A stretch of DNA of 35,544 nucleotides, taken from the sequence record DRR723986_3135; one strand, 5' to 3'. Shown here in pieces: positions 1-9,581 of this stretch. The position numbers were made by a program, and so were the translations under genes. The notes below the pieces were generated by a model that did not search any database, was not told the origin of the DNA, and saw only the letters and a list, made by a program, of their open reading frames with translations. The first letter of the stretch is position 1. The number at the start of each line of letters is the position of its first letter.

Positions 1-753
1 ATTTTGGACGGACTCCTGTGTGAAATCAAAAGGGCCCTCCCCCGCCGCCGCCACGATTAAACTTCCACCACCACGAACATATTCCTCCCACCCTGCATTT
101 CTGCTGGTTAAAAGCATATATCCGCTTAAAACAGCCGCCAGTCGTCACTCCGGCCGTCAATACAAGTCTAGCGCTATTGTACCGATTTTCGAGCTGTAAA
201 AAGCTGAACGGCAGTAATACGTGGGTAATCGCTCTGTATTCACGTTCAAGCGGCATGCAACTCGCATTTTTTGTTTGGGGGCGCATCCAAATTATCGTGA
301 GATTCGCACCGAAATTTCTCAATTATTCGCGTGAATACACCAGCTCGCTCCAGCGTGGAAAACCATGACTTTGGGATCGTGAACGGGTTTGCTTGATTGT
401 GTCTTGATTTGGTCACTTTTGCGCTTGGCGATACGTCCGTGTAATTCTCGTGAAAGTGTGCCTCAGTGATGGATACAGATTGGAAGACTGTGCCGCAATA
501 ACTGGCATTCGACTACAACAGCAGACATGGCCGCAAGAGGATAGTACTCCTTCGCACATTCGAGCATTAAAGCCTATCAGCTTGGGAGATTGTGGCAGGC
601 TTGAATGTTTGAGAGTGAGGAATCACTAACTAACAAGAAGATCAAGAAGCCCGAGACCGAACCTGAAGTGAGGGCTCAAGGGCGTTTATGCAGGCGGGCA
701 CGGGGCACCAAACTATTAACAATTGTGGAGAGACATATGCCACGTACTTAAAC

Positions 754-788
754 AAAAAAAGCCTCCTGGAATGCGATCCAGGAGGCTT
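754..788 (-). terminator. Rho-independent terminator downstream of the Omp85-fusion gene
   Basis: Perfect stem GCCTCCTGGA (761-770)/TCCAGGAGGC (777-786), 6-nt loop. The 7-A run at 754-760 is a U tract on the minus strand, about 30 nt past the stop at 819. Confidence 0.9.
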
Positions 789-818
789 AACACATAACAT
801 ACTGATTGTTCAATTCGC

Positions 819-3800
819 TTAGAAGTCCTGACCAAGCGAAATTAACCAAACCGGCTGAGAAAATTTCTCAAAGTTGTTTTTCCAGGCAACGTCGATTTTG
901 AGTGGAAAACCGAGCAGGAAAAGACGCAGACCAATACCGGTACTCATCAAAAGATCTTGTGGCTCGCGGCTTCCGTTTTGATTAACACGTGAAATCACAA
1001 AATCGTCCGTCCAGGCACCACCCATATCAAAAAAGACGTTTAACAGGAATGGGAAGCGGAACTCAGCATTTGAGACGAACATCTTGGTTCCGTTGCGCTC
1101 GTTAATCTCCCAGCCGCGCAGAGGATATCCGGGCGTCAGGAAGTAGAGATCTTCAGCTGAGTTGTAAGGCAGGCGGCCGTCGCTAAATGTACGGTTGATC
1201 CAGTTCTGGGTACCACCGACAAAAAAGGACTGTGCATCCTCGCCAAAGCTGGCACCACCGGCACCGCGCAGGGCAAGCGTAAAACCTGAGCCCACATCTA
1301 TATAGTGGCGCAGATCGGCCTGAAAGGTAACAAATCCGAGCTGGTTATCCGAGAACTTGGGCGACCCCTGGCCTTCCAGAAATAAACGCGTTCCGCGTGA
1401 AGGGCCGTTAAAACCGAACATGACATTATCGTGTACAAAACGCAATTCCGGCACAAAGTGCATGCGCGAAATTGATTCAACTTCGGGATCTTCAACGTTC
1501 TCAGTGGAGGTGTTTAACCACGTCATACCAAACTCTAAACGATCAAACGTGTTAAACGGAAGGTTGGCACCAACGCCGGCACCAAAGTAGCGAAAACGAT
1601 AGAGCGATTCTTCATTTTCCGTGAAGTCATCCTGGCGAACAAAGCGAGCGGTATGGAAACCACTGAAGTTGTAGTCAATTTGTTCGGGCAGGTAGGAATA
1701 GAGTAAGAAAAAGTCGCTATTGTTTAAGTTTAACAGGAGGTTGGCTGAGAAGAATATCTGATGGTTGCCGAGCATATCACTAAACAACATTTGCGTGGCG
1801 CCCTGGACACCAAAGAAGGTATCGTAACCGGCGTTTGCAAATATGAGGTCTGGTGAAAAAGAAATTTTGTACGGTTGTGATTCGAAGCTGTCATTCACGG
1901 CAAGAACAGGGCCATCACCATCACCTTCTTCCAGGTCGGCGATTGCATCCGGATTAGCCTGTACGGCTTTCTGGCGTGAGAAATCAACGTTAAATTCACC
2001 ATAACCTACCAGAGAGTCGGTAGTGGATTGCGGCGCGTCAGGGTCAACAACAGGATCAAGTTCAGTTTCGCCTGGCTGGGCATCACCAGCATCAATATCG
2101 GCTGCGGCCAGCGGATCTGAGTCTTCGAGTGTACGTTTACGAAACTCGGTTAAGATCGGTTGTTTGTCCGGCAGGTCAAAGGGAAAACGCAGCATGAATA
2201 TATCGAAGCTGCCACCATTCTGTGAAGTAAACAGCAGTTTCCCGCCATCACTGGACAAAGACAAGTGTTCGATACCACTAAGGGCATTTGTTTTGGGATA
2301 TGAATCACCCGAAGCGAGATCCATTATGTAGATATTTCCGATGCCACTTTTGTCCGAAACGTACATCAGTGAGTTACCATCCGGCGACGCAGCAATGGAG
2401 GTTTCGTAGTAGGTAGGGTCAAAGGTGAGGCGCTTCATACCGCGCGTATTGATATCAATTGAATAGATATCTTTCTGATCGCGATCGTAATCCCACATCT
2501 TGAGATCTTCGGAACTTGTTCCGGGTTTGAGATTGTCCCCGCGATTGGAGACAAAGTAAATCTTGTTGCTCTCCGGTCCCCACGCAGGAGCCAGGTCGGT
2601 AAAAATATCTTCAGTCAGATTTTGAACTTCACCGGTAGCAAGCTCACAAATGAAAATGTCGGGCGATTCTTCGATAGAAGCCACAAGTGCGACATTTTTG
2701 CCATCGGGCGACCATTTGGCGGAGGTAATCATCCGAAAGCCAAGGTCAAATTTCTCGACATCACCGCTTTCAACATCAATAATGAAGAGAGCATCATTAC
2801 CACCGGCTTTAGCACTAATTGCAACGCGGCGACCATCGGGATCCCATGAGATACCTGGAGAGAGGATGTTTAGATCCTCAAAGTCACGTCCGCGCGAACC
2901 TTCGATCAGCTGTGTAACGCTGCGCTTGCGCGAGTCCAGATCCATCATGTACAAGCTATAGAAGCCGTCACGAAGCGAAATGAAAGCCATGCGTTCGCCA
3001 TTCGGGGAAATAGCCGGAGCGGTATTTAGAAATGTTCGATTCTTCTCGTGGTCCGTAATGCGCGTGGCAAAGTCCTCAACATCTTCATACTTAACGATGT
3101 CGGGCCAGTAGATTTTTTTCATGTCACGACGCCATTGATCGGAAAAGTCTTCCAGATCCATGCCGAAGGTGCTTTTGAAGGCTCCGTTAACCGTTCCGAT
3201 GCTGCGCACACGATTTGTTAACTCGCCGATTTTGGCGCGCCCGTATTTTTTGGCTACGTACCAGTAGAAAGCCTGACCACCACGGTAGGCAGTATAACCA
3301 CCAAGCTCAAACAGTTCAGGCAGATTTTCGCTGATGCTCAAATCGCGTAGAAACATATCTGTTTTGGTATCAAGGCCTTTTACAGCGCTGTATTCAGCAA
3401 AACCTTCGCTCATCCAGAGTGGATATTCCAGGCGAATGTTATTGGTGATTTGTGATTGGACGGAACCGCCATAGAACATGTCATTAATAAATGCATGAAC
3501 TAACTCGTGGCGAATGAGGAGGCGGAAAAATTCCCACTTGCCTTCAAAGGGCACGACGATACGATTTTTTAGCGGCTCGGTAAATCCGGCAATCCCTTCG
3601 AACAGGAAACCCTGCGTCGTATTGGTCTGCTGGAATTGATTGTGCGAGTTATAAACAACTACTGGAATGCGCTGATTAATGTTGTAATTCACATCGCGTT
3701 GCAATTCGTGCAACATACGCTCCGCTACAACAGCTGTAAAATCAGCAAGGTATTTTCCGCCCTGATGGTAGTAAACATCAAAGTGTTCAGACTGTATAAA

Positions 3801-3920
3801 GCGCCAGTCAAAGTCCTGGTATTGGACTTTGTTTTTGCCGAATTGGGCTTGCGCCGGAAGGAAGGCAAAAGACAGCAAGAACAGCGTTATACCGCAAGCA
3901 GACATCCATCTTCGTTTCAT
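819..3920 (-). CDS. Omp85/BamA-superfamily outer membrane protein with N-terminal HEXXH metallopeptidase-like domain and PD40/TolB-like beta-propeller
   Basis: Start moved from 4010 to the ATG at 3920 (AGAGGAG SD upstream, then signal peptide MKRRW...AQA|Q). HELVH plus WMSEGFAE is a gluzincin-like motif. Repeated SPNG/WDPDG/WSPDG/SPDG PD40-type repeats. C-terminal barrel has LRGW, EFRFP, FFDMG, GIGLR and a terminal Phe. No POTRA domains recognised. Confidence 0.85.
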   Translation of the reverse strand: MKRRWMSACGITLFLLSFAFLPAQAQFGKNKVQYQDFDWRFIQSEHFDVYYHQGGKYLADFTAVVAERMLHELQRDVNYNINQRIPVVVYNSHNQFQQTNTTQGFLFEGIAGFTEPLKNRIVVPFEGKWEFFRLLIRHELVHAFINDMFYGGSVQSQITNNIRLEYPLWMSEGFAEYSAVKGLDTKTDMFLRDLSISENLPELFELGGYTAYRGGQAFYWYVAKKYGRAKIGELTNRVRSIGTVNGAFKSTFGMDLEDFSDQWRRDMKKIYWPDIVKYEDVEDFATRITDHEKNRTFLNTAPAISPNGERMAFISLRDGFYSLYMMDLDSRKRSVTQLIEGSRGRDFEDLNILSPGISWDPDGRRVAISAKAGGNDALFIIDVESGDVEKFDLGFRMITSAKWSPDGKNVALVASIEESPDIFICELATGEVQNLTEDIFTDLAPAWGPESNKIYFVSNRGDNLKPGTSSEDLKMWDYDRDQKDIYSIDINTRGMKRLTFDPTYYETSIAASPDGNSLMYVSDKSGIGNIYIMDLASGDSYPKTNALSGIEHLSLSSDGGKLLFTSQNGGSFDIFMLRFPFDLPDKQPILTEFRKRTLEDSDPLAAADIDAGDAQPGETELDPVVDPDAPQSTTDSLVGYGEFNVDFSRQKAVQANPDAIADLEEGDGDGPVLAVNDSFESQPYKISFSPDLIFANAGYDTFFGVQGATQMLFSDMLGNHQIFFSANLLLNLNNSDFFLLYSYLPEQIDYNFSGFHTARFVRQDDFTENEESLYRFRYFGAGVGANLPFNTFDRLEFGMTWLNTSTENVEDPEVESISRMHFVPELRFVHDNVMFGFNGPSRGTRLFLEGQGSPKFSDNQLGFVTFQADLRHYIDVGSGFTLALRGAGGASFGEDAQSFFVGGTQNWINRTFSDGRLPYNSAEDLYFLTPGYPLRGWEINERNGTKMFVSNAEFRFPFLLNVFFDMGGAWTDDFVISRVNQNGSREPQDLLMSTGIGLRLFLLGFPLKIDVAWKNNFEKFSQPVWLISLGQDF

Positions 3921-4287
3921 CGTCTCTCTCCTCTTTGTAATCCGGCCCTTATACAAGAGCGATAAACACCCAGTCAGCCTTGCTGTTGCACGGGAATGCA
4001 GGATAGACACAATTAAGCGTCATTTGGTTAATATCCGGCATGTACATTGAGTCCTTCGTCAAAAAAGTCGCTTACGTCACATAAATATTTTGCCAGAAGC
4101 GTTTAAGTGTTGGAGGAATTGCCGGAGAATGCGCCTGAACGAATCACACCACAATATGGGAGACACTGGAGTAGGAATTGTTGCACATCGGGAGAGCTGC
4201 GGGGGCCATGCGACTGCGAGGACAACGATTCGGCAGCGTGTCAGCAAGGTGTTGAACAGGCAATGCCGAGATACAATTGTCAGAGGT

Positions 4288-5106
4288 TTAGTCGCTTTTG
4301 ACGCTAATGTTCAGCGCGCGCATAGCATTACTGGCCGCATCCTGCTCAGCTTCTTTTTTGTTGCGTCCGGTACCACGGCCGATCGTCTCTGAGTTAATCG
4401 TTAACTCCACGGTAAACTGGCGGTCGTGGTCGGGTCCGGATTCATCCACCACTGAGTACCTGGGAACGCCTTTCCCGGCAGCCTGTGAATGCTCAAGCAC
4501 GATACTTTTATAGTTAGTATCGCGCATGAGTTCGGTTTCCTGCATGATGCGCGTCAAAATATTGTTTACCACAAATTTGCGGGCGACTTCGGCACCTGAA
4601 TCAAGGTAGATTGCCGCAATGATGGCTTCGAGCGCATCGGCAGGAATGGATTCATTGCCCTGTTCCAGAGACTGGCGGGCACTGAGACTCACCATCAGAA
4701 AACTCGTAAGGTCCAGATGGCGGGCACAGTATGCCAAAGACTTGCGGTTTACTAACCAGGAACGCATTTTGGTTAGTTCCCCTTCTGAGACATCTTTGTG
4801 CAGGTAGAACAGTTTTTCGGCTACAATGCTGCTTAGAATGGCATCGCCAAAAAATTCCAGACGTTCGTTGGATTTGACGGTCGCATCGTCGGCCAGTTGC
4901 AGGTAGGAACGGTGAATGAGCGCCTGTTCAAAGATGGGAACATGGTGTATCCGAACTCCCAGGTTATGTTCCAGGCGCTGTTTTTCTTTGACATCCAGAA
5001 AGTTGATTGGCGGAAACTGCTCGGCATCATAGGGCCGTGCGGTGGCATCCGGGTTGGATGCGAGGCGCAGAATCTTTTGCTGTATTTGTTGAATCAATCC
5101 CGGCAT
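4288..5106 (-). CDS. rnc: Ribonuclease III
   Basis: ALIHRSY, NERLEFFGDAIL, ADALEAIIAAIYLD; C-terminal dsRBD (GPDHDRQF...G.G.NKKEAEQ.AA). Confidence 0.97.
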   Translation of the reverse strand: MPGLIQQIQQKILRLASNPDATARPYDAEQFPPINFLDVKEKQRLEHNLGVRIHHVPIFEQALIHRSYLQLADDATVKSNERLEFFGDAILSSIVAEKLFYLHKDVSEGELTKMRSWLVNRKSLAYCARHLDLTSFLMVSLSARQSLEQGNESIPADALEAIIAAIYLDSGAEVARKFVVNNILTRIMQETELMRDTNYKSIVLEHSQAAGKGVPRYSVVDESGPDHDRQFTVELTINSETIGRGTGRNKKEAEQDAASNAMRALNISVKSD

Positions 5107-5136
5107 AGGTTTGCCGAATCCGTCTTGAGAGTTGAA

Positions 5137-6396
5137 TTACTCTTCATATGCTTTCATACAAATCGAAGCATTATGACCACCGAATCCAAAGGTATTGCTC
5201 ACGGCTGCCCGAATTGGGCGCTCGACGGCTTTGTTGGGCACGTAGAACAGGTCGCAATTTGGATCGGGGTTTTGATAATTAATTGTAGGCGGCAATGTAG
5301 AGCGATGAATTGCCAGGACAGTACCAATCGCTTCGATAGCTCCAGCAGCTCCCAGCAAGTGACCAGTCATGGACTTGGTACTGCTGACGGCAATATCTTT
5401 GGCGCGTTCACCGAAAACAGTTTTAATGGCCATTGTTTCATTTCGGTCATTAAACGGCGTTGAGGTTCCGTGCGCATTGATATAATCAATGTCGTTGATC
5501 GTCAAACCGGCATCTTCAATACAAATACGCATTGCACGAACGGCGCCCTCGCCACCTTCGGCAGGCTGCGTGATGTGGAATGCATCATCTGTCAATCCCA
5601 TACCGGAAAGCTCACCGTAAATCCGAGCGCCGCGATCGAGTGCATGTTCCAATGTTTCGAGCACCAGAATTCCACCACCTTCACCCATGACAAAACCATC
5701 GCGGTCGTTATCGAATGGTCGGCTGGCAACCAAGGGATCATCGTTACGCGTGGACAGGGCTTTCATGGCATTAAAACCACCGATACCCATTGGGCAAATA
5801 ACGGCTTCACTACCACCGGCGAGCATGATATCGGCATCACCGCGTTGCAGGAGCATCAGAGCGTCAGCAATACTGTGATTGGAGGTAGCACAAGCAGATA
5901 CTGTGCCGTAGTTAGGTCCCTTAAAGCCGTAGCGAATGGCGATATGACCTGGTGAGATATCCGAAATGAGCATCGGTACAAAGAAGGGCGATATTCGATC
6001 TGGTTTACCATCGCGCAAATACAGCTGCTGTTGCTGATGGTGATAGGTCCACATCCCACCGATACCGGAGCCAACAATTACGCCGGCTCTTTCTTTGTTG
6101 ATCTTATCCAGGTTCAAGCCCGAATCCTGCACCGCCATTTCGGCGGCAGCCATGGCGAACTGCGTAAACAGGTCCATGCGCTGCACTTCCTTGCGGTTCA
6201 TGTACAGCAAGGGGTCAAAGTCTTTGACTTCGCACGCAAAGCGCGTTTTAAATTCGGTGGCATCGAAACGCGTGATGGGAGCTGCGCCGCTGCGCCCTTC
6301 CATCATACCATTCCAATACGATTCTGTAGTATTGCCAATCGGGGTAACGGCGCCAAGGCCAGTTACGACGATGCGCGGGAAATCAAATCGAGCCAT
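5137..6396 (-). CDS. fabF: 3-oxoacyl-ACP synthase II
   Basis: VVTGLGAVTPIG, catalytic SACAT, NAHGTST, KSMTGHLLGAAG, FGFGGHN. Confidence 0.97.
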   Translation of the reverse strand: MARFDFPRIVVTGLGAVTPIGNTTESYWNGMMEGRSGAAPITRFDATEFKTRFACEVKDFDPLLYMNRKEVQRMDLFTQFAMAAAEMAVQDSGLNLDKINKERAGVIVGSGIGGMWTYHHQQQQLYLRDGKPDRISPFFVPMLISDISPGHIAIRYGFKGPNYGTVSACATSNHSIADALMLLQRGDADIMLAGGSEAVICPMGIGGFNAMKALSTRNDDPLVASRPFDNDRDGFVMGEGGGILVLETLEHALDRGARIYGELSGMGLTDDAFHITQPAEGGEGAVRAMRICIEDAGLTINDIDYINAHGTSTPFNDRNETMAIKTVFGERAKDIAVSSTKSMTGHLLGAAGAIEAIGTVLAIHRSTLPPTINYQNPDPNCDLFYVPNKAVERPIRAAVSNTFGFGGHNASICMKAYEE

Positions 6397-6526
6397 GTAG
6401 CAGACTGCAGTTGGTTAGCATGGAGTTGCAGCTAGGCTGCATTTTGCACTGGAATAATTCAATAAGGCCACGATGCGATGGGAGACATCGCAACGCAGCC
6501 TGTCATCATTTCTGCACTGAAACTAC

Positions 6527-6766
6527 TTAGGATGGAATATTGGCGTCAAGATACTTGACGGCATCACCTACAGTTTGGATTTTTTCAGCATCGCTGTCAT
6601 CGATCGAGATGTTAAACTCGCGCTCAAATTCCATGATCAGCTCGACAGTATCGAGTGAGTCGGCGCCAAGATCGTTGGTAAAAGACGCATCGTCTGAAAT
6701 CTGCGAGGATTCAACGCCCAGCTTGTTAACAATAATCGATTGGACTTTTTCTGCAACACTCGACAT
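6527..6766 (-). CDS. acpP: Acyl carrier protein
   Basis: Acidic 79-aa protein with [14 protein letters not shown] phosphopantetheine site, lying between fabG and fabF. Confidence 0.98.
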   Translation of the reverse strand: MSSVAEKVQSIIVNKLGVESSQISDDASFTNDLGADSLDTVELIMEFEREFNISIDDSDAEKIQTVGDAVKYLDANIPS

Positions 6767-6824
6767 AGTCGTATTTCCTGAAGATCAGTTATTAAAGTGT
6801 AATCGGAAGTTTTAGCATCGAACC

Positions 6825-6856
6825 GAAACTGGCGCAGTTACAGCTGCGCCAATTTC
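6825..6856 (-). other. Intergenic RNA hairpin between fabG and acpP
   Basis: 13-bp stem that needs one G-U pair available only in the minus-strand RNA; no U tract. Confidence 0.65.
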
Positions 6857-6862
6857 AAAACT

Positions 6863-7612
6863 TTACATCGCCAGTCCGCCATCCACGTTCAGGATTTGTC
6901 CTGTAACGTACCCGGAGTCAGCGGAAGCAAAGAACGAGACGGCTCCGGCAATTTCATGACCTTCCGCGCCACGGCGCAGAGGGATCGAATCTACAAATGC
7001 ACTGACCTGCTCTTCGGTAAGTTTTCCCGTCATGTCAGTCTTCACGTAGCCCGGAGCGACGCAATTTACTAAAATATTACGAGACGCCAGTTCCTTGGCC
7101 AGTGATTTAGTTAGCCCCACCAATCCAGCCTTGGACGCTGAATAGTTCACCTGGCCGGCATTTCCGCCCAATCCTACAATTGAACCGATATTAATAATCC
7201 GGCCACTGCGTTGGCGCATCATCTGGCGGCATACGGCTTTACTTGTAAGAAAAGCGCCTTTCAGATTGGTATCTATGACGGCATTCCAATCATCTTCAGA
7301 CATTCGCATCAGAAGAGTATCGCGCGTAATACCGGCATTATTGACCAAAACGTCAAGACGTCCTGCTTTCTCGATCGTTGTTTCGATCAAGGTCTGCACC
7401 TGCTCTGCAGATGAGATGTCGGCCTGAATGGCATGTGCTTTGTGCCCACTCTCTTCGAGATCGGCACAAATTTTTTCGGCAGCTGTTGAACTGGAATTGT
7501 AGGTAAATGCTACCGTGAATCCATCGGCGGCCAGGCGGCGCACAATTGCTTCACCGATACCACGAGATCCGCCGGTGACAAGAGCAACTTTGGGGGTGTT
7601 TTGATCAGACAT
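6863..7612 (-). CDS. fabG: 3-oxoacyl-ACP reductase
   Basis: TGGSRGIG, NNAGITRD, YSASK catalytic motif, VDGG near the C-terminus; fab cluster context. Confidence 0.97.
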   Translation of the reverse strand: MSDQNTPKVALVTGGSRGIGEAIVRRLAADGFTVAFTYNSSSTAAEKICADLEESGHKAHAIQADISSAEQVQTLIETTIEKAGRLDVLVNNAGITRDTLLMRMSEDDWNAVIDTNLKGAFLTSKAVCRQMMRQRSGRIINIGSIVGLGGNAGQVNYSASKAGLVGLTKSLAKELASRNILVNCVAPGYVKTDMTGKLTEEQVSAFVDSIPLRRGAEGHEIAGAVSFFASADSGYVTGQILNVDGGLAM

Positions 7613-7648
7613 TAGAAGACATCCCGTTTTTTGGGTTGAAGTCCAGTA

Positions 7649-8575
7649 TTAATCAGCTGGAAATTGCGATACTTGAGCTGCGGTATCCACACCTGCGATG
7701 GCAACGTCCTTCAGAGTGCGTTTGAGCATGCCCTGGAGAATTTTACCTGGTCCAATTTCAACAAATGAGCGAATGCCCGATTGGAACATCGCATTCAAAC
7801 TCTGTGTCCATAGAACTGGAGAAACTAACTGCTCTACCAGAGCCGTGCGCACATCGACGGCTGAGCGCAATGCTTTGGCGCGCGAATTTGAGTAGACATC
7901 TACACGCGCATCGTGCATTTCAACTTCAGCAATCGCCTCAGCCAATGTTGCCTGAGCACTCTGCATAAGTGGCGAATGGAACGCGCCACTGACTTTGACT
8001 TCCATTACGCGGCGAGCTCCAGCTTCCTTGAAGCGCGATTGCTGCTCACGTAGGAAGTCAGCAGATCCAGATACAACGACCTGCCCTGGTGCGTTAAAGT
8101 TGGCAGCAACAATGACGTTTGAGTCATTCTGCAGTTCCTGGCAAATGCCGACTACTTCATCGTCAGGCAGCCCAAGGATGGCAAGCATTGTTCCAGGGGC
8201 TTGTTCACCGGCCCGGAACATCAGCTCTCCGCGAAGTTTCACTAAGCGAAGAGCACTTTCGAAGTCAATCACTCCGGCTGCATTGAGCGCTGAATACTCA
8301 CCTAAAGAATGCCCGGCCACTGCAGCGAACTCAAGTTTGTCGTTCAGCAGCTCCATAATTATGGCTTCGTGAACAAACAGAGCGGGCTGTGTATAGCGCG
8401 TTTCTTTGAGTAGTTCTTCCGGACCTTCGAAGCAAATTTTGCTGAGCGAAAATCCAAGTATTTCGTCGGCCTGTTCCAGTCGTTGTTTGGCTGGGGCGTA
8501 GGCTTCCACCAGGTCGCGCATCATTCCAACATATTGCGAACCTTGACCGGAAAACAGCAAAGCATTAGTCTTCAT
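7649..8575 (-). CDS. fabD: Malonyl-CoA:ACP transacylase
   Basis: FSGQGSQ, TQPA, GHSLGEY, SGAFHS, EIGPG. Start moved from 8629 to the ATG at 8575 (MKTNALLF), overlapping the fabH end by 11 nt. Confidence 0.96.
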   Translation of the reverse strand: MKTNALLFSGQGSQYVGMMRDLVEAYAPAKQRLEQADEILGFSLSKICFEGPEELLKETRYTQPALFVHEAIIMELLNDKLEFAAVAGHSLGEYSALNAAGVIDFESALRLVKLRGELMFRAGEQAPGTMLAILGLPDDEVVGICQELQNDSNVIVAANFNAPGQVVVSGSADFLREQQSRFKEAGARRVMEVKVSGAFHSPLMQSAQATLAEAIAEVEMHDARVDVYSNSRAKALRSAVDVRTALVEQLVSPVLWTQSLNAMFQSGIRSFVEIGPGKILQGMLKRTLKDVAIAGVDTAAQVSQFPAD

Positions 8576-9581
8576 GTTTCGGCAGCTCCCAGCGTAAATA
8601 AACGCTTCCCCAGGTATATCCGGCACCAAAGCTGGAGAGGATCAGATTATCACCTTTATTGAGGCGGCCCTGTTCGTACCACTCTGACAAACAGATAGGA
8701 ATTGTTCCTGCAGTCGTGTTCCCTAGTCGATCGATATTGATCATGACTTTATTTGGGTCGAGCCCCATCCGCTCACGCGTTGCGTCAATGATTCGGAGGT
8801 TGGCCTGATGCGGAACAAGCCAAGCGATATCATCGGCTTCAAGGTTGTTGCGCTTCATGATATCAACGGTAACTTCTGCCATGCCGACTACGGCAGCTTT
8901 GAAGACAGTGCGCCCATCCTGGTGAACATAGTGCTCACGGTTTTCGACTGACTCTGCACTTGGTGGTTTGGCACTTCCACCAGCAGGCTGAAACAGAAAT
9001 TTTTTGCCGGCGCCATCAATGTGTAAGACGCTATCAACTATGCCAACACTTTCACCGCTTTCATCGGCTTCAACGATAACCGCTCCGGCACCATCGCCAA
9101 ACAGTACGCTGGTGGAACGATCTTCCATATCGATGATGGCACTCATTCGATCACCGCCACACAGTAACACACGGTCTGCAGCACCTGACTCTACAAGGCT
9201 TCGAGCGGTTTGTAATGCAAACAAAAAGCCTGAACAAGCGGCGGAGACATCAAAACCCCAGCAATTTGTCAGGCCCAGCGCATCCTGCACAATACAGGCT
9301 GTAGATGGAAAGACGTGATCCGGTGTCACGGTGGCGCAAATAACGACATCGATGTCGTCCTTGCCAAGACCGCGGCGTTGCATGGCGCGCTCGGCAGCGG
9401 GGCGCATCAAAGTTGAAGTACCGGCGTTAAAGGCGAAGCGCCTTTCGCTTATCCCAGTCCGCGTTTTAATCCATTCATCGGAAGTTTCTAAACGTTCTTC
9501 AAAAAAGGAATTAGTATACACTTCAGGTGGAACGTAATGTGCCACTGAAGATATTATAGCTCTTCGCTTAGGATTTTTCAT
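8565..9581 (-). CDS. fabH: 3-oxoacyl-ACP synthase III
   Basis: WIKTRTGI, AACSGF (Cys), LFGDGAGA, PHQAN (His), GNT (Asn), FGAGYTWG. Confidence 0.97.
   Translation of the reverse strand: MKNPKRRAIISSVAHYVPPEVYTNSFFEERLETSDEWIKTRTGISERRFAFNAGTSTLMRPAAERAMQRRGLGKDDIDVVICATVTPDHVFPSTACIVQDALGLTNCWGFDVSAACSGFLFALQTARSLVESGAADRVLLCGGDRMSAIIDMEDRSTSVLFGDGAGAVIVEADESGESVGIVDSVLHIDGAGKKFLFQPAGGSAKPPSAESVENREHYVHQDGRTVFKAAVVGMAEVTVDIMKRNNLEADDIAWLVPHQANLRIIDATRERMGLDPNKVMINIDRLGNTTAGTIPICLSEWYEQGRLNKGDNLILSSFGAGYTWGSVYLRWELPKHED

Noticed and set aside
26-368. ORFs 26..322 (-) and 177..368 (+)
   Set aside because: No recognisable motif or SD and they overlap each other; the poly-Gly tail simply reflects the G-rich tract.
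1030-1075. Apparently short segment between EFRFP and FFDMG in the Omp85 barrel, suggesting a deletion or pseudogene
   Set aside because: The frame is intact to the terminal Phe and a tight turn is plausible; this cannot be judged without an alignment.
4090-4392. Plus-strand ORFs in the rnc-Omp85 gap, including a Cys-rich 64-aa ORF (4107..4301) that could suggest a RiPP or metallothionein
   Set aside because: TTG starts without SD, antisense overlap with the rnc end, no modifying enzymes nearby and no recognisable Cys spacing.
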